From: Wickerhamiella versatilis
Taxonomy: Eukaryota
Direction: 5' to 3'
Length of the DNA: 64,000 nt
Assembly (NCBI GenBank): GCA_030867685.1
Contig: JAQOWU010000008.1
Span: 3,472,001-3,536,000 of the forward strand
Shown piece by piece: positions 1 to 10,374 of the stretch; the stretch's first letter is position 1, and every line of letters starts with the position of its first letter. Made by a program: the position numbers and the translations under genes. The notes beneath the pieces are model-generated. The model saw only the letters and a program-made list of their open reading frames with translations, ran no database searches and was not told where the DNA came from.

Positions 1-3000
1 ACTTGTGGTTCACGAATACTCTTGCGGGCCATCTTAAGATAAGGAACGAGGTCCTCATCCTTTCCTGAACGAGAAGCTATTTCAATAGTCTCAGCAAAAT
101 TAGATGGGTCTTCGGCACGAATGTAGGAATTCAAAGCATCGGTTATACGAAGACCATTAAGCTGGGCCTTTGCTAGTTGGGACCACAACTGCTTGGTATC
201 ATACTTCTCAACGAAATCAGTTGCACGGTCCAGTGACAACACGTGATCAGTGAGTACCTCCAACGCTTCCTTATATTGCTCGTGCTTCACGTATATCTGG
301 TAAGCCTCCTCATTGAGCTCATGCTCTTTGCATATCTTCGCAATTTCTTCAACGTCATATTTGTCTAGGCGATCAATGAGTTCGGAAACTTTCTGCTGCT
401 GGGCATTTATAGCAGTAAGAATGAGAAGATTTTGCAGAGATTCGTTATCACTGAAGGGACTAGGCTCCAGAACGATTTTCTCAAGAAGCTCAATAAGCTC
501 CACTGGTAGATTAGCGGCCATGAATGCCTTAACTACAACGCTGACGTCCTCTGCATTCGGACATTGGGGCACTGCAACTCCCACAACCTGGTCAACAAGT
601 TGACGTCTGTGGATATTCTCATCGCTAAGTACGGCTTCCCAAAGATTGATATCCGCACGACCCACCAGATATCGAGCTTGATACTTGTACATCGAATTTT
701 CGTTTGTGATTGCTATGAGTTCAGCATCGTTATGTCCCTTCTCATAGGCAATGAAAGCAAGATATGGATCCCGTGTTTCGCAGTATTTACCAACATCCCG
801 GGTGTTATACAAACTGTTTTCACGAAGGAATTTCTCCGGATTGTTGTTGCTGTCAATGTGAACCTTAGCAAGTGTGTCATAAACAGCAGCCTCTGTGCTA
901 CCAGCTTCAATGGTTTTCTCAAGGAATGGAAGGAGTAATTTCAAACGATTACGCTTCTCCACCTCAGCCGCTAGGGGCCCTACAGGCACCTGACCAACAG
1001 CTGAATCAAGCAGGGATTTGATTTTGTCCTCGTCACAATCAACATCTAGTAGACCAGCAATAACCTGTGCAGTAGCCCCTGGATTGACTTGTTGAACATA
1101 GACCTGAATAAAGTTGAACTGCTTGTTTTGATACAGATAAAGCACAAGCTCATGGATAAAACCAAATCTATCGCATAGGGTTATCAAAGGCAACTGGTCT
1201 GCTAAATGAGCATCTTTCAGGAAATTCTTCACCTTTTCCGGCTGGTAAACGTTATTGGTGGAAATTATGCGTTGAATTTCGCTGAACTGACCAATTGAGG
1301 CTGCAGCCTGAATGTATTTGAAAACGACTGCTGGCTCTTCGCTCAAATTCACGATAGATTGCAAGAAGTAATAGAGACCCTCCGCACTCTTAAATTCTTC
1401 GAACAACGAGATGAGACGAAGCGGGCCGACCAGCTCACCATATTGAATCGCAACTTGTATAACTGTCTGCAAGTTGGCCTTGAGGTTTGTCTTAAGCATC
1501 TCGCGAAGAACCTCCAACGTCTGTTCCGTTGTAAGCTGCCCGAAGTAGGCCACAAGCCATTCAGCAGGTAGTTGGGAGTGGACTATGACTCTCTTTATAT
1601 CCTTAAGATCGTCATAGTTTTCTAGGGCCCTCAAAGGCAACCCAGCCTTCTCCGCCAGTTGAGCAATACGCGATCGGTTATATTGTGTGAAAATATGGTT
1701 ACCGAGAATAGCATCTGCTACCTGAGGCGCATTCAACAAATTTGTCTCCAAAAGACGGGTCTGAAGGTGAGAATGAACTGGGTCGTTGTCCTTCAAAGCA
1801 TCAAGCAAAAATGCTGTAGCTTGCTGGATAAGGTTCTGAGACAAGAATACATCAGTAACGCGGTCCAGATCAACCTTATCTTTGGTTTCTGGATTGGAGA
1901 TAAGCTGAATGGCGAATTCGGAAGCCTTATCAGGGTTGACTCGTGCAATAGACTGCAAAAGCACCACATAGTCAGGATTATAGCTCGCCTGCGAACAATA
2001 TGGGAGAATCTTGTCAAACTCTCCAAGTTCAGCCAAACCCTGTACCACTTTGAAAGGAACCTGAGCACGGAGGTATACTGCCACAGCAAGACGTGTATCG
2101 TAGGGGCGAATTAGATCACCGAGCTGTTCACTAGGCTCCAATTTTGATTCACCTATCCACTTTTCAAGCAGTTGCTTGCGGTTCTGTTGTAGCACAGGTG
2201 TTGCAAGCTCGACAGATTCGAACTTATTAAGGGTTCCACGGTCCAACAGGCTACTGAAATATGTGAGGATCGGAGAAATCTCTCCTGGTGGAGCTTGCAC
2301 ATTTTTAAGGCGCTGGATAGTGGCTGGTGTGCGTAGCAGACCTCGAGGTGATGATGCAGCAACCTTAGCGGCTTCTGTGTATTGGCCAGAGGAGAGTAGA
2401 GCCTCGAATTGTTGTGAATAAAGGTTGTCAGCACCACTTAAGCCCGCCCTAGAGGCCAAAGTCAGGGCAAGAGCGGGATTGCTAAGCTGCTTCATTATAT
2501 AGGGGACCGCAGTACTCTCGTTAAGCTGCACACTCAGAACTTGACCCTTTCGGTTTACAACCAAAAGTCCAAGATCCTGATAGCTGCATGCAGTAAATAC
2601 AGGCTCGGAAGAGATACGATTCATAAAGATACAGGACCCACTGTCCACATCATAAAGGTGAATGAAGCCAAACTTCGTAATGAGATAGATAATACCATAA
2701 TGGCTTGACAGAATACAGGATACAGGGAAGTCAGCACCGGCTTCTGGTGGGAAATAAACATCAACTTGCTTTTTATGGTATGCTGGTTGGTCTGCGGCGT
2801 GGTCGATCTCTATGATATGAAGCTTCGCACCAACTTCAGTACGGTTAACAAAAGCAATCAACTTCGTATCAGCAGTTGCACCATCCAAGCGGATTGAGCC
2901 AAACCCCCCAGCGTGACCTTCTATCGCCTGAGATATACTTCGAGCTTTGGAGTACAGCTGCATGCGGCCAACGACTCTACCACCCTCTTGGGTGATACCA

Positions 3001-3512
3001 TTCAGCAACAGCCAATTTCCCTCTGGAGACTGTTGCAAATTGATGATCTGAGTACCCGACAACGATGTGTGGCGATCAGTAACTTTGGTGGGTGAAACCT
3101 CGCTTGGGTCGGAAATGTTCCAAGTGAAGATACTGCGATCAGTAACCAGTCCCAGCGTCTGGGAGTTCAGCCATTTCCAGAAAATAATATCTTCATTCAT
3201 CACTGTATTCTTCAACCGCTGCCTCGAATCAAGATTGACAACCTGGACTGTGCGTCCTTGCGCACGCAAAGCAATTACCATTTCCTGTGATGGGCACATT
3301 ATAGCGGAATCGGCACTCATAGCCTTACGCGTAACGTTGTTGCCGTGCGCAAGATCCACGATAGCTACCTGGTTGCCCGCGCTGCTAGTCTCGCGCACGC
3401 AAACGAACCGGTCACTCTCAAGTGTGCACGAATTGAACGCTATAGCCGACTCCGGAACACCTACAGCCGTGAGCTGCAGATGCTCCTGGAACTTAATAGG
3501 GAGCTCAGCCAT
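1..3512 (-). CDS. CHC1: Clathrin heavy chain (5' part; 3' end runs off the window)
   Basis: Missing from the ORF track because it has no stop in the window. Manual translation from the ATG at 3512 gives MAELPIKFQEHLQLTAVGV...TLESDRFVCVRE...MSADSAIM, and the same frame reads EDLVPYLKMARKSIREPQ at the window edge. Confidence 0.97.
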   Translation of the reverse strand, partial: MAELPIKFQEHLQLTAVGVPESAIAFNSCTLESDRFVCVRETSSAGNQVAIVDLAHGNNVTRKAMSADSAIMCPSQEMVIALRAQGRTVQVVNLDSRQRLKNTVMNEDIIFWKWLNSQTLGLVTDRSIFTWNISDPSEVSPTKVTDRHTSLSGTQIINLQQSPEGNWLLLNGITQEGGRVVGRMQLYSKARSISQAIEGHAGGFGSIRLDGATADTKLIAFVNRTEVGAKLHIIEIDHAADQPAYHKKQVDVYFPPEAGADFPVSCILSSHYGIIYLITKFGFIHLYDVDSGSCIFMNRISSEPVFTACSYQDLGLLVVNRKGQVLSVQLNESTAVPYIMKQLSNPALALTLASRAGLSGADNLYSQQFEALLSSGQYTEAAKVAASSPRGLLRTPATIQRLKNVQAPPGEISPILTYFSSLLDRGTLNKFESVELATPVLQQNRKQLLEKWIGESKLEPSEQLGDLIRPYDTRLAVAVYLRAQVPFKVVQGLAELGEFDKILPYCSQASYNPDYVVLLQSIARVNPDKASEFAIQLISNPETKDKVDLDRVTDVFLSQNLIQQATAFLLDALKDNDPVHSHLQTRLLETNLLNAPQVADAILGNHIFTQYNRSRIAQLAEKAGLPLRALENYDDLKDIKRVIVHSQLPAEWLVAYFGQLTTEQTLEVLREMLKTNLKANLQTVIQVAIQYGELVGPLRLISLFEEFKSAEGLYYFLQSIVNLSEEPAVVFKYIQAAASIGQFSEIQRIISTNNVYQPEKVKNFLKDAHLADQLPLITLCDRFGFIHELVLYLYQNKQFNFIQVYVQQVNPGATAQVIAGLLDVDCDEDKIKSLLDSAVGQVPVGPLAAEVEKRNRLKLLLPFLEKTIEAGSTEAAVYDTLAKVHIDSNNNPEKFLRENSLYNTRDVGKYCETRDPYLAFIAYEKGHNDAELIAITNENSMYKYQARYLVGRADINLWEAVLSDENIHRRQLVDQVVGVAVPQCPNAEDVSVVVKAFMAANLPVELIELLEKIVLEPSPFSDNESLQNLLILTAINAQQQKVSELIDRLDKYDVEEIAKICKEHELNEEAYQIYVKHEQYKEALEVLTDHVLSLDRATDFVEKYDTKQLWSQLAKAQLNGLRITDALNSYIRAEDPSNFAETIEIASRSGKDEDLVPYLKMARKSIREPQ

Positions 3513-3802
3513 GATGTCTCAATGTGCCAGTTGGCTAGTTTGTTTACGTAATGCTCGTGGGGTTTGGCTGGTCAAGTGATGTCAGCCAACACCTAATTGC
3601 TCAGGCCGGAGCTTCAGTCACGCGATATCGTTGAATGGTGTGAAAAACATCATCACTAATAGCTGCTGAATTGCATTCTTGGAGAGGCCAAAATTTGGTA
3701 CGTATGAGCCAAGAGCAGTAACTGAATTCTTGATGTGTTGAATTTTAATTACAGAGAGAGACTAATCTATATGCACTACATCTATAGGGTGACCTGCGTT
3801 GC

Positions 3803-4477
3803 CTAGCAGCAGCATCCACTGCTACAGCAGCCAGAATCATCCTCACAAGGATCGTAGCATGGGTCGCATTCTTCCTCGCCTGTGTAGTTGCAATTGTTAG
3901 ATGGGCAGTAGGTATGCGGGCAGATGAGGCCAATACAGTCGGCCAAAACTCGAGCCCAACGGTTTGCGATGTTGCAAGAGTAGCCAGCAGTACCACAAAC
4001 GGCCTTGCCGCAGCAGCCATCTCCGCTGCCGCAGCAGCAGCCACCGTTTCCACCGCAGCAGCAGCCGTCGCCAGAGCAGCAGCAGCCATCATCATCACAG
4101 CTATCCTCGCATGGGTCATAGCAAGGGTCATCGCATGGATCCTCAACCTCGCATGGATCTTCAACCTCCTCGCATGGATCCTCGCATGAATCGTTGCACG
4201 AATCACCAGAGCAGCAGCCTCCGCGGTGCTTTCGTCCGCGGCGTGAGCCCCGACGATTGCAGCAGCCACGTTTTGTCAAGCTGCGGGAGGAGGTTGTGAA
4301 ATCCTCTGGAGAGGTCAGCTGAACTTTTCCTTCAGGTCCAACCCACAGGCTTCCATCATTCTTGACGTAAACGAGCGGAGTGAGATCACTAGCACCAGAT
4401 TTCCCGGCCGCCGGAGCAGGTGCACAAAAGACGGTGGACAGCAATGGAGCAGCTGCGAGGACTGTGGTGAATTTCAT
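3803..4477 (-). CDS. Orphan secreted cysteine-rich preproprotein (signal peptide, Kex2 KR site, DPC/GCCC repeats)
   Basis: ATG ORF of 224 aa. Hydrophobic N-terminus MKFTTVLAAAPLLSTVFCAP, then LTKR at aa 67-70, then 154 aa with 37 Cys. TATATATA lies about 40 bp upstream. Confidence 0.8.
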   Translation of the reverse strand: MKFTTVLAAAPLLSTVFCAPAPAAGKSGASDLTPLVYVKNDGSLWVGPEGKVQLTSPEDFTTSSRSLTKRGCCNRRGSRRGRKHRGGCCSGDSCNDSCEDPCEEVEDPCEVEDPCDDPCYDPCEDSCDDDGCCCSGDGCCCGGNGGCCCGSGDGCCGKAVCGTAGYSCNIANRWARVLADCIGLICPHTYCPSNNCNYTGEEECDPCYDPCEDDSGCCSSGCCC

Positions 4478-4870
4478 CTCTCAATTGATGGTACTTGATT
4501 GCTGTGAGAGACTCTGATATATATCGAAAATTGCCTGTTCAACATGCCTAATGCAGAAAATACTTTATCTGGACATGTTACGCAATATGGAACTATTGTA
4601 ATATTAGATGTGGACCTAGCACTTTCCTTCGTAGAGAATTTGACTAGCTCCTAGAAAATCGAGTACAGTTACTATAGTAGGTAGGTACAGTCTGATGACT
4701 TACCTTCTTGTCAGAAATTGCCTTTGATAAATTACATAACGAATCTCCTGAACACCAATCAATCCCTCGGTTATGGATGAGCTATCATTTCTATCATGCA
4801 TTGGCTTATTGCTCGTGACCGACGTAGAAGGAAAACGACTATCACTAGCTTAGCCATAAGTTACTAATAT

Positions 4871-5278
4871 ATGCCAGAGCCGGATTCTACGAGAAACATC
4901 CCCCCTGGCTTTTGGTTTGAGCCTTTTTGGAATAACAAGCCATTTGTAAATGAGGTCACAGAAGCAAGGGATCTGTGTGCTGCGGAAAGAAATTATTTGA
5001 GCATGCTCAAAATCTCAATGGCGCTAACATTAGCAGCAGGTTCATGTGTCCTGAGGTACGCAGGGTCCACCCCTCAGGATTATAGCTTGGGTTATGTTCT
5101 CCTAGTCCTTGCTGTTATCATCCCCTTTCTTGTGCTCCTCAATTACGCCAAATTCTATAATGGTATTCGAAGAAGTAATCGCCACCTACACACAAAAAAG
5201 GTATTGCTGATATCGGTAGCCCTCACAGCTACTATAACAGTTATAATAAATATCCGCGAAATTATATCGCGGTCATGA
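4871..5278 (+). CDS. DUF202 / Vtc1-like small membrane protein
   Basis: NEVTEARDLCAAERNYLSMLK matches the DUF202 ARDxxAxERTxLxW-type motif, followed by three hydrophobic segments. Confidence 0.75.
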   Translation: MPEPDSTRNIPPGFWFEPFWNNKPFVNEVTEARDLCAAERNYLSMLKISMALTLAAGSCVLRYAGSTPQDYSLGYVLLVLAVIIPFLVLLNYAKFYNGIRRSNRHLHTKKVLLISVALTATITVIINIREIISRS

Positions 5279-5373
5279 CATGTGCCGTCACGTCTTGCAG
5301 TAGAAGCCATACATGAATGAACTTATCTCCGTAAATTATACTATATATACTATATACAACAACACTTTTAATC

Positions 5374-6258
5374 TTACTCTGAATGTTCTGGTAAAGGCCA
5401 TGTCTGAGTTCCATCGGGATTAAACTTCACGCGTCTGCCATGCTTTCTGTCGTCCTTCGAGGCACCGTAGTGATAACCAACGCGACCAACCTTGGCATTC
5501 GTAAACCGCCAAAGATTTTGTTCATTTTCGTACTGTGGACCGAAGAAAGACACTGAGGACCTGCTAGCCTTATCCTGTGCGCCACTTTGTTCTTCATGAG
5601 GCTCCGTGAGACGCTTGAGAGTGTCCGTGGCAGGTTCAATACCCAAGACCTCAGCAGCATCCACTGGACCAAATGGTTGCGACTCCGCGATACTCTGGAA
5701 AATCTGTCGGTGGGTCTCTTCTGGGATAGGAATTTCCGTTAGATTATCCTTTGCGCTGCGAATAGGTTGGCCATTGTCATCTGTGGGAATTTCGTCAAAA
5801 AGACTTTCCATGGTTTTTCTTAATTTCTGCAAGTCTTTGGACAAAGAGTTTGATTCTCGCATCTTTTCTCGCACCTCGGTAAGCCTGATAATAGCATCTA
5901 TGCGGGGCACAACGATACCGTATTTGAAACTTAACTCCTGCACAGTCCTGCCAGCAGCACGGTCAGCAAGAATAGCCTCTCGCAACTTCTCTCCTACACG
6001 TCTATTCGTCCGTGTTAGCGGATTTTGTGGGAAAGGTTGACGGGTCTCCTGTACATTCCTACCGTCAAAAACTTTCGACCAGTCCGTCATACGGGCACCC
6101 ATTCTTTGTCGATCTGTAACTGGATAAGAGCCCAGAAATGCGGTCTCTCTCCGAAATTTGTGATATGCAGGCGTCCTTGCCAAAGGATTTTTTGTATATA
6201 GACCCTTGAAGTTCTTTTTGCCCAGGAAACGAGCGAAGTCCTGCTGAGGTACCGTCAT
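5374..6258 (-). CDS. MRPS35: Mitochondrial small-subunit ribosomal protein mS45 (Mrps35/Bot1)
   Basis: Motifs QPFPQNP, ELSFKYGIVVPRIDAIIRL, ESQPFGPVDAAEVLG, KVGRVGYHYGA. Confidence 0.85.
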   Translation of the reverse strand: MTVPQQDFARFLGKKNFKGLYTKNPLARTPAYHKFRRETAFLGSYPVTDRQRMGARMTDWSKVFDGRNVQETRQPFPQNPLTRTNRRVGEKLREAILADRAAGRTVQELSFKYGIVVPRIDAIIRLTEVREKMRESNSLSKDLQKLRKTMESLFDEIPTDDNGQPIRSAKDNLTEIPIPEETHRQIFQSIAESQPFGPVDAAEVLGIEPATDTLKRLTEPHEEQSGAQDKASRSSVSFFGPQYENEQNLWRFTNAKVGRVGYHYGASKDDRKHGRRVKFNPDGTQTWPLPEHSE

Positions 6259-6556
6259 GAGAACTTTCGATTATGTAAACGAAATTTAGTATTTATCACT
6301 CTTTCTCTTTCCTCAGATTCTGTTCGTGAACCGATGGCAGGGCAAGAAGGATAAGTATAATTTATACCCAATCTTAGAACTAAGCGTAAGTAGACATAAT
6401 TCACAATGCTTACAACACACAATACTATATATTAGGTTTGGACTATCGACTTTCCGTCACCGGAAAACCCGCCCCGTAGCCGACGGTCCAACCGTGCTGA
6501 ATGAAATAGAGAGACATAGCAATTCAACATTAGCGTCGAATTCGAAAAAAAGTACT

Positions 6557-7012
6557 CTAAAATAGGTGTGGAATACTTCCGACACTTGCCGGGTCGAGTC
6601 CCAGTTTAAGGCCCTTTTCACGAGTTATTTGAAACTGCTTCTTGGATTTTTCCTGTTCTTCGATCAACTGGTGTTCAAGAACTTCGAATTCCACTTTTTC
6701 CAGAGAAGACGAGCCCTGATCAAGCTCCTCTTGAGCAGACTGATCGACTTCTCCAATCATAGCCACATTTTCACCACGAATAACCCATACACCACGGTAC
6801 TTTTCTGCGTAAGCACCCTCAGTATAAAGTCTCTCATAAGTGTCCTGGATCACGATATTACCGAATGTATCGAAGCTTCGCAGAAAGCCAAAAAGGGCAC
6901 GCCCATCTCGCATAGTCACGATAATACGCTTATCTATTAACTCCAGCAGCGCAGCAGCCGTTGTGAATACCTGCAACGGCAGCTCCGCATCCTTGACACC
7001 GGGTTCTGCCAT
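6557..7012 (-). CDS. LSM1: Sm-like protein Lsm1
   Basis: FTTAAALLELIDKRIIVTMRDGR..GFLRSFDTFGNIV...IRGENVAMIGEVD. Confidence 0.93.
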   Translation of the reverse strand: MAEPGVKDAELPLQVFTTAAALLELIDKRIIVTMRDGRALFGFLRSFDTFGNIVIQDTYERLYTEGAYAEKYRGVWVIRGENVAMIGEVDQSAQEELDQGSSSLEKVEFEVLEHQLIEEQEKSKKQFQITREKGLKLGLDPASVGSIPHLF

Positions 7013-7053
7013 CTATGGATGGAGTTGATTATCTAATCGACTTTAATGCCTAG

Positions 7054-8733
7054 CTACTTAGTCTTAGCGAAATGACGAGTGTAGAATGTCTCCCAAAGCT
7101 CAATGGCCTCTTTTTGACCTTCGATTGCATTCTCGAGATACAGCTCGACGGAATCTCGAAATTCGACAACTTTCTGTTTTTCAATTCTGGCTAACTCCGA
7201 GTCCAGTAGTTTAGTGGTTGCCACGGCATGCTCATGCGATTCTTTTGCGTTCTCAGAATATTGAGAAACTTCATTCTCTAGTTCCCGCATACGGTCTTCC
7301 TGGGTTGTCCCCTGGCGAAGAACACGATCGAGTGAGGCCTGCTTCTTCTCCAAGTCGTTTGACGCTTGTTCAGCGGCAGCACATGCACGCTGGCGTGCGG
7401 TAAGCGCCCGCCTTATACTACCAACTATGCGCAGATGTTCGTCCAATGTCGCCTCAAGGCTAAGCAAGTCCTGCTGGCGTTGACGTGAGTACAATTGCGA
7501 AAGCTGCTCGTGGACCTCACTGAACGACCTCAGCACTTCACCAAGACGCGGAGTTGGCTGAACATTTGCCAGGGCCTCCGATGCACTGGCAAATTCTCCA
7601 ACTGCGTCGCTGAGCTCTTTGCGTTGCGCACTCACCGCCTCAAGGGCCCGTAGTGCACCACGTAGCTGGGTCTCAATCATATCTAAATTGGAGCGCTTAT
7701 CCATTACCCACGGATCTGGCTCCTCACTTCGACCTAGGAGGGACCCCCAGGTAGACGACTCTTCAATCTCCTCTTCAGTCAACACTCGTGTCTTGAGATG
7801 CTCATTGAAATCTTCAGCGGTCAAAAAGGCTACTAGATCAGGATCTTTCTGAAGAGCAGGGTGCGCGACAATGCTGGTCAACATTTTCTCCAGGGCGGCC
7901 CGCCGCTGCTGGATGAAATCATCATTGAATCTGCCCACCGCTTGCTTTTCCGGGGGAGGTGGAATTATAACACCTGGATGCGTATTGTGAAGAGCATTAT
8001 AGAGCCACCTGAAGTCACGGTAACGCCGTGAAACACTCGACGACTCTTGTGGGTACTCATCTAAGTCTGTATCTGTATTGATGGTATACACCGTGTGGGC
8101 ATTGCCGAAGTCGCCGACTTTACTAGGATCACCCACGTGAACCTCGAGCTTGGGTTTATGTACCTGCATGTCATGGTCACCTCGACTCGAGTAAGTACTA
8201 CTTTCCAAGTATTGATTTGGTTCCGGAAAGCCGCTACCAGTCCCTTCGTCCCTTTCCTCAAGCGTTGTGGAAGGTGCAAGAGAGATGTCATCTAATTCGG
8301 GTGCTGTGGGCGCTGGTGCGGCTAATGGATTATCATCAACCACCTCTTTTTTGGCAGCCTGTATAGGACGACGCCGGCGAGACGACCGCGAGCCGAGGTC
8401 GGATGGGGTGGTGGACGCTGCCGTGGCCAAAACTTCGCCACCCGCTTGATATGGAGATTCTGATGGGACAAATTTCAAACTGTCCTCCACTCGTGGTGCT
8501 GTTAGCTCGTTTAATGCACCTGCAGAATCATCTTTCGTCTCCTCGGTCTCCTCGGCCTCATAAACAGGCTGTGCTGGCTGCGGAGATAAGGGAGGCGATT
8601 GCGTCGGAGATTCAGGAGAGCTAGGAGCATCTTCATCTGGCTGAGCCCAGGGAGATATTCCTGCAGGCTCAGCAAAACCTGACACACCTAATGGCTGAGC
8701 CCAAGGTGACTCTTCCTCGGCGAAGTCCCCCAT
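7054..8733 (-). CDS. VPS5: Retromer sorting nexin Vps5 (PX-BAR)
   Basis: PX motifs VGDPSKVGD, RRYRDFRWLY, PPPPEKQAVGRF; BAR C-terminus QKEAIELWETFY. Confidence 0.92.
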   Translation of the reverse strand: MGDFAEEESPWAQPLGVSGFAEPAGISPWAQPDEDAPSSPESPTQSPPLSPQPAQPVYEAEETEETKDDSAGALNELTAPRVEDSLKFVPSESPYQAGGEVLATAASTTPSDLGSRSSRRRRPIQAAKKEVVDDNPLAAPAPTAPELDDISLAPSTTLEERDEGTGSGFPEPNQYLESSTYSSRGDHDMQVHKPKLEVHVGDPSKVGDFGNAHTVYTINTDTDLDEYPQESSSVSRRYRDFRWLYNALHNTHPGVIIPPPPEKQAVGRFNDDFIQQRRAALEKMLTSIVAHPALQKDPDLVAFLTAEDFNEHLKTRVLTEEEIEESSTWGSLLGRSEEPDPWVMDKRSNLDMIETQLRGALRALEAVSAQRKELSDAVGEFASASEALANVQPTPRLGEVLRSFSEVHEQLSQLYSRQRQQDLLSLEATLDEHLRIVGSIRRALTARQRACAAAEQASNDLEKKQASLDRVLRQGTTQEDRMRELENEVSQYSENAKESHEHAVATTKLLDSELARIEKQKVVEFRDSVELYLENAIEGQKEAIELWETFYTRHFAKTK

Positions 8734-10067
8734 CTCTCAACCGCTTAGATGACTAACAAAGATGCCACTAGTTTCGATAAACCGGTTGAGAACAGGTGCA
8801 AACATATCAGCAAGTTAGCATTGATATTGAATCCGCCAGCTTTGTTCCTAAATTTCTTCCCTACATGAGAATTATGGTCAATGGTTGGTCCATAATTTTT
8901 TTTTAAGCTATAGAAGGTAGGATCTTGCTCTGCATTTCGTAAGTATAAGTCGACGACAGATTCTGGATCATTGCAATGCTATTATTATTGCCATGAAACC
9001 TGAATATATATTATGGATGCACGGACAATGTGAGTCACTCGTCGATCATAAGCACATAAATCTTGCTTACCCAGTGATAAAGGCCAATTCAGTAATCTAA
9101 AATTGCTATATACTGGATCATAAGTCATTATTACGCTCGATCTGCATCCTTTGTGGGGATCATTGGCGTAATTAGTCTTATTTGTAACATTATATCAGTG
9201 GCAACCACCATGTAACCCCTGAACAGTGCTATCATGGAATAGCATAGGCTTTGTCACACTCATATAATTTTATCAGCTTTAATTACGGCATGGCTTTTAG
9301 ACACTTAATTAATTTTGCGGCTTATCTCTGAAAATCAATTCATTCTAGGGATACCATCCTTGATAGGAATCATGATTGAGGCTTACTATTGATCCTTGAC
9401 ATTTTGCATCACCGTTTAAGTCAAGTCCGCAGTTGCTGATTCAAGACCGGCGAAAATTTTTGCGCTTTCCGGTCTTCGTATACCCTGGAGCAACATATTC
9501 ACTTGCAGGTCCCATGGCGATCTATTTGGTAATCAAGAGGGGTCTAAGCAAGGGCACCTGGTCCTCAGGACTTCTGTTGATGAACGCTCTAAATCTTAAA
9601 AGCTGGAGTCACAAGAAAGAATATTCAAGTTTTAAATCATGATATATCTAGCCCGATATGATTTACTTTATAATCGCTGGGATCCCATCCCCTCCCCAGG
9701 TGCCCAGTGATCCCGACATGCATAGGGTACGATGTATTAGGAAATGTCATTACGTGAAATTTAGGACAACGGCATAGCGGAATCCGACACGCCCGTAGAA
9801 ACAATCGAGATTGAAACAATTGTGATTTTTTAAAATTCCCAGGTACATAGCATTAGCGTAATAATGATTATTTGCCCTTTGGGATGGAAACAGGGCCGGA
9901 ACCAGTGCTTATTGTCCATTAGTATGTATTTTTACACCCCAACCCTTGAAACGAAACCTCCCGCCATATGTACATATATGGATCAGCCCAAGCGTCAGGG
10001 AACTAATTCACCTTCCTTACCATATCGAGGACCACCATTGACTATTCGATAGTAACTCTGTCATTGT

Positions 10068-10343
10068 ATGACGGTGGCTTATATTCACCAATCCTCTGTT
10101 AATTGCTTGAAGAAAGTGCCGTCACTAGATAACCAGACCGGCTGTTCACCTGAAGCTGACAATCACACGATTGTTGAGTGGATGTGCTGCCAATGTGGCT
10201 GTTTCGAATACCCATTTGCCCGCCCAGATTGTTCTCGATGTCATCACCTCCTTTGCCCCTACTGCCCCCGACGCCGCATTCAAGACCTGAAGAATAAACA
10301 GGCGGAAGAGAACCAAGCTATCGATATAGAAAGTGAAGACTAG
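10068..10343 (+). CDS. Small putative zinc-ribbon protein of unknown function
   Basis: ATG ORF of 91 aa with W-x-CCQCG ... CSRCHH-x2-CPYC. It fills the gap before the TRZ1 stop and faces it convergently. Confidence 0.6.
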   Translation: MTVAYIHQSSVNCLKKVPSLDNQTGCSPEADNHTIVEWMCCQCGCFEYPFARPDCSRCHHLLCPYCPRRRIQDLKNKQAEENQAIDIESED

Positions 10344-10374
10344 CAGGCCTAGTTCCATAATTAAATCTCTTAAG

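Noticed and set aside
313-3579. Many short ORFs on both strands in the ORF track
   Set aside because: They are shadows of the continuous minus-strand CHC1 frame.
3745-4299. Ala-rich and Ser/His-rich ORFs overlapping the Cys-rich gene
   Set aside because: Alternative-frame translations of TGC/GCA repeats; only the Cys frame has a signal peptide and pro-site.
9340-9375. Faint resemblance to the U3 snoRNA 5' domain (..ATAGGAATC..)
   Set aside because: Box A does not match, and no B/C/D boxes follow in order.
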